Assembly: GCA_963676565.1 (NCBI GenBank)
Contig: OY781089.1
Span: 2,784,001-2,848,000 of the forward strand
DNA from: Halarcobacter sp.
GTDB lineage: Bacteria > Campylobacterota > Campylobacteria > Campylobacterales > Arcobacteraceae
Reading direction: 5' to 3'
DNA: 64,000 bases
Part shown: positions 62,812 through 64,000 of the stretch, one piece after another
Position numbering within the stretch: the first letter of the stretch is position 1
Layout: every line of letters starts with the position of its first letter
Position numbers and translations under genes: made by a program
The notes under the pieces: generated by a model
The model's database searches: none
Told to the model about the DNA's origin: nothing
Seen by the model: only the letters and a program-made list of their open reading frames with translations

Positions 62812-64000
62812 CTAGTCTCCTTCCTCTGGATTTAGAGGTAACACCGTCATATTTTTTGGTTTAACCATCCAGAAATCTCTAATTTCTGCTCTAAAGTTTT
62901 CTAAAATTGATTCTGCTAAAGTAGACTCAGTTTCATTTAAATATTCCATCAATAATCTTTTTAAATAAAGTCTTTCTCTTTCAGTATCATCTGTATCGAT
63001 TCTAACTGCTTCAATTAACTCTTGATTCATTTTATCAACAAAGTGTTTTTCAGGGTCATAAACAAATGATAAACCACCAGTCATACCTGCACCAAAGTTA
63101 ATACCTGTATTACCAAGAATAACAACAATACCACCAGTCATATATTCACAAGCGTTATCTCCAGTACCTTCAACTACTGCAGTACATCCAGAGTTTCTAA
63201 CTCCAAATCTTTCACCTACAGCAGCTCTTACAAATAGTTTACCACCAGTAGCACCATATAAACAAGTATTACCAGCTCCTGCGAACTCAGGACCTTGGTG
63301 AGGAGTATTGATGATGATTTTACCACCATTCATCCCTTTACCAACATAGTCATTTGCTGCACCATCAAGGTATAAATTCATCCCTTTTGATAATAATGCC
63401 CCAAAAGATTGTCCAGCAATACCTTTTAAGAAGATATTAATAGAGCCATCAGGTAATCCAGCATCTCCGTAATATTTTGCAATTTCACCAGAAATTAATG
63501 TACCAAATGATCTATTTAAGTTAGAGATAGTCTCTTTAACTTTAATTGGAGTTTTTGGGTTTTCAATAGTTCTATGAACTTTTTTCAATAACTCTTTTTC
63601 AAAGTCATTAGAATCAAATGGTTTATTAGTTGGTTTTTGACAAGTATCAATTCCATCAATTCTTCTAAGAACATTTTGGAAATCAAATTTTTGTGCAAAT
63701 TTATCATCAATTACTTTTAATAAATCACTTCTACCAACAATCTCTTCAATTGTTTTGTATCCTAAAGAAGCAAGAATATTTCTAACATCTTGGGCAATAA
63801 AGTTAAAGTAAGAGATTAATCTTTCAACTGTTCCAGCGAAGTGTTCTCTTAAATCTTCATCTTGAGTAGCAACCCCAACAGAACATTTATTTGTATGACA
63901 AATTCTTAAAATCTTACATCCAAGCAGTGTTAATGCTGCAGTACCAAATGCATAAGATTCAGCTCCAAGCATTGCTGCTTTTACAACATCAAGACCAGTT
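62812..64000 (-). CDS. gltB: Glutamate synthase large subunit, C-terminal part (5' end outside the window)
   Basis: GCKILRICHTNKCSVGVATQ, GQSFGA, NDYVGKG and ACEYMTGG; directly upstream of gltD. Confidence 0.96.
   Translation of the reverse strand, partial: TGLDVVKAAMLGAESYAFGTAALTLLGCKILRICHTNKCSVGVATQDEDLREHFAGTVERLISYFNFIAQDVRNILASLGYKTIEEIVGRSDLLKVIDDKFAQKFDFQNVLRRIDGIDTCQKPTNKPFDSNDFEKELLKKVHRTIENPKTPIKVKETISNLNRSFGTLISGEIAKYYGDAGLPDGSINIFLKGIAGQSFGALLSKGMNLYLDGAANDYVGKGMNGGKIIINTPHQGPEFAGAGNTCLYGATGGKLFVRAAVGERFGVRNSGCTAVVEGTGDNACEYMTGGIVVILGNTGINFGAGMTGGLSFVYDPEKHFVDKMNQELIEAVRIDTDDTERERLYLKRLLMEYLNETESTLAESILENFRAEIRDFWMVKPKNMTVLPLNPEEGD

Overview
Very AT-rich bacterial chromosomal window, almost entirely encoded on the minus strand. 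Gene content and order suggest Campylobacterales, most likely Arcobacteraceae (inference, no database search). 1-20 kb: 5' part of a probable chemoreceptor, AraC regulator, minimal ethanolamine operon (eutB-eutC-eat), katA plus ankyrin gene, two identical tRNA-Asn, and housekeeping genes (radical SAM, hemE, asd, gyrA, argJ, K+ channel, rpmB, ATP-dependent DNA ligase with signal peptide). 20-45 kb: Wzx/Wzy-type O-antigen or capsule cluster with pseB/pseC, a KpsS-like transferase, two AsnB-like amidotransferases, two methyltransferases, a CapK-like ligase and a deacetylase. 45-59 kb: LPS core cluster (waaL, GT4s, two ELM1/GtrOC1-like proteins, lpxL) with an inverted MBOAT/SGNH pair. 59-64 kb: ppx/gppA, ferredoxin, inositol monophosphatase-like gene, gltD and the 3' part of gltB. 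No CRISPR-cas, prophage, integrase or IS is visible. Best leads: the glycan-tailoring module, an apparently heptosyltransferase-free core locus, a structured repeat element (107-bp period) before argJ, an incomplete pseudaminic acid pathway with a deletion scar, a collapsed ugd pseudogene, and an SGNH protein with Cys in place of the catalytic Ser.
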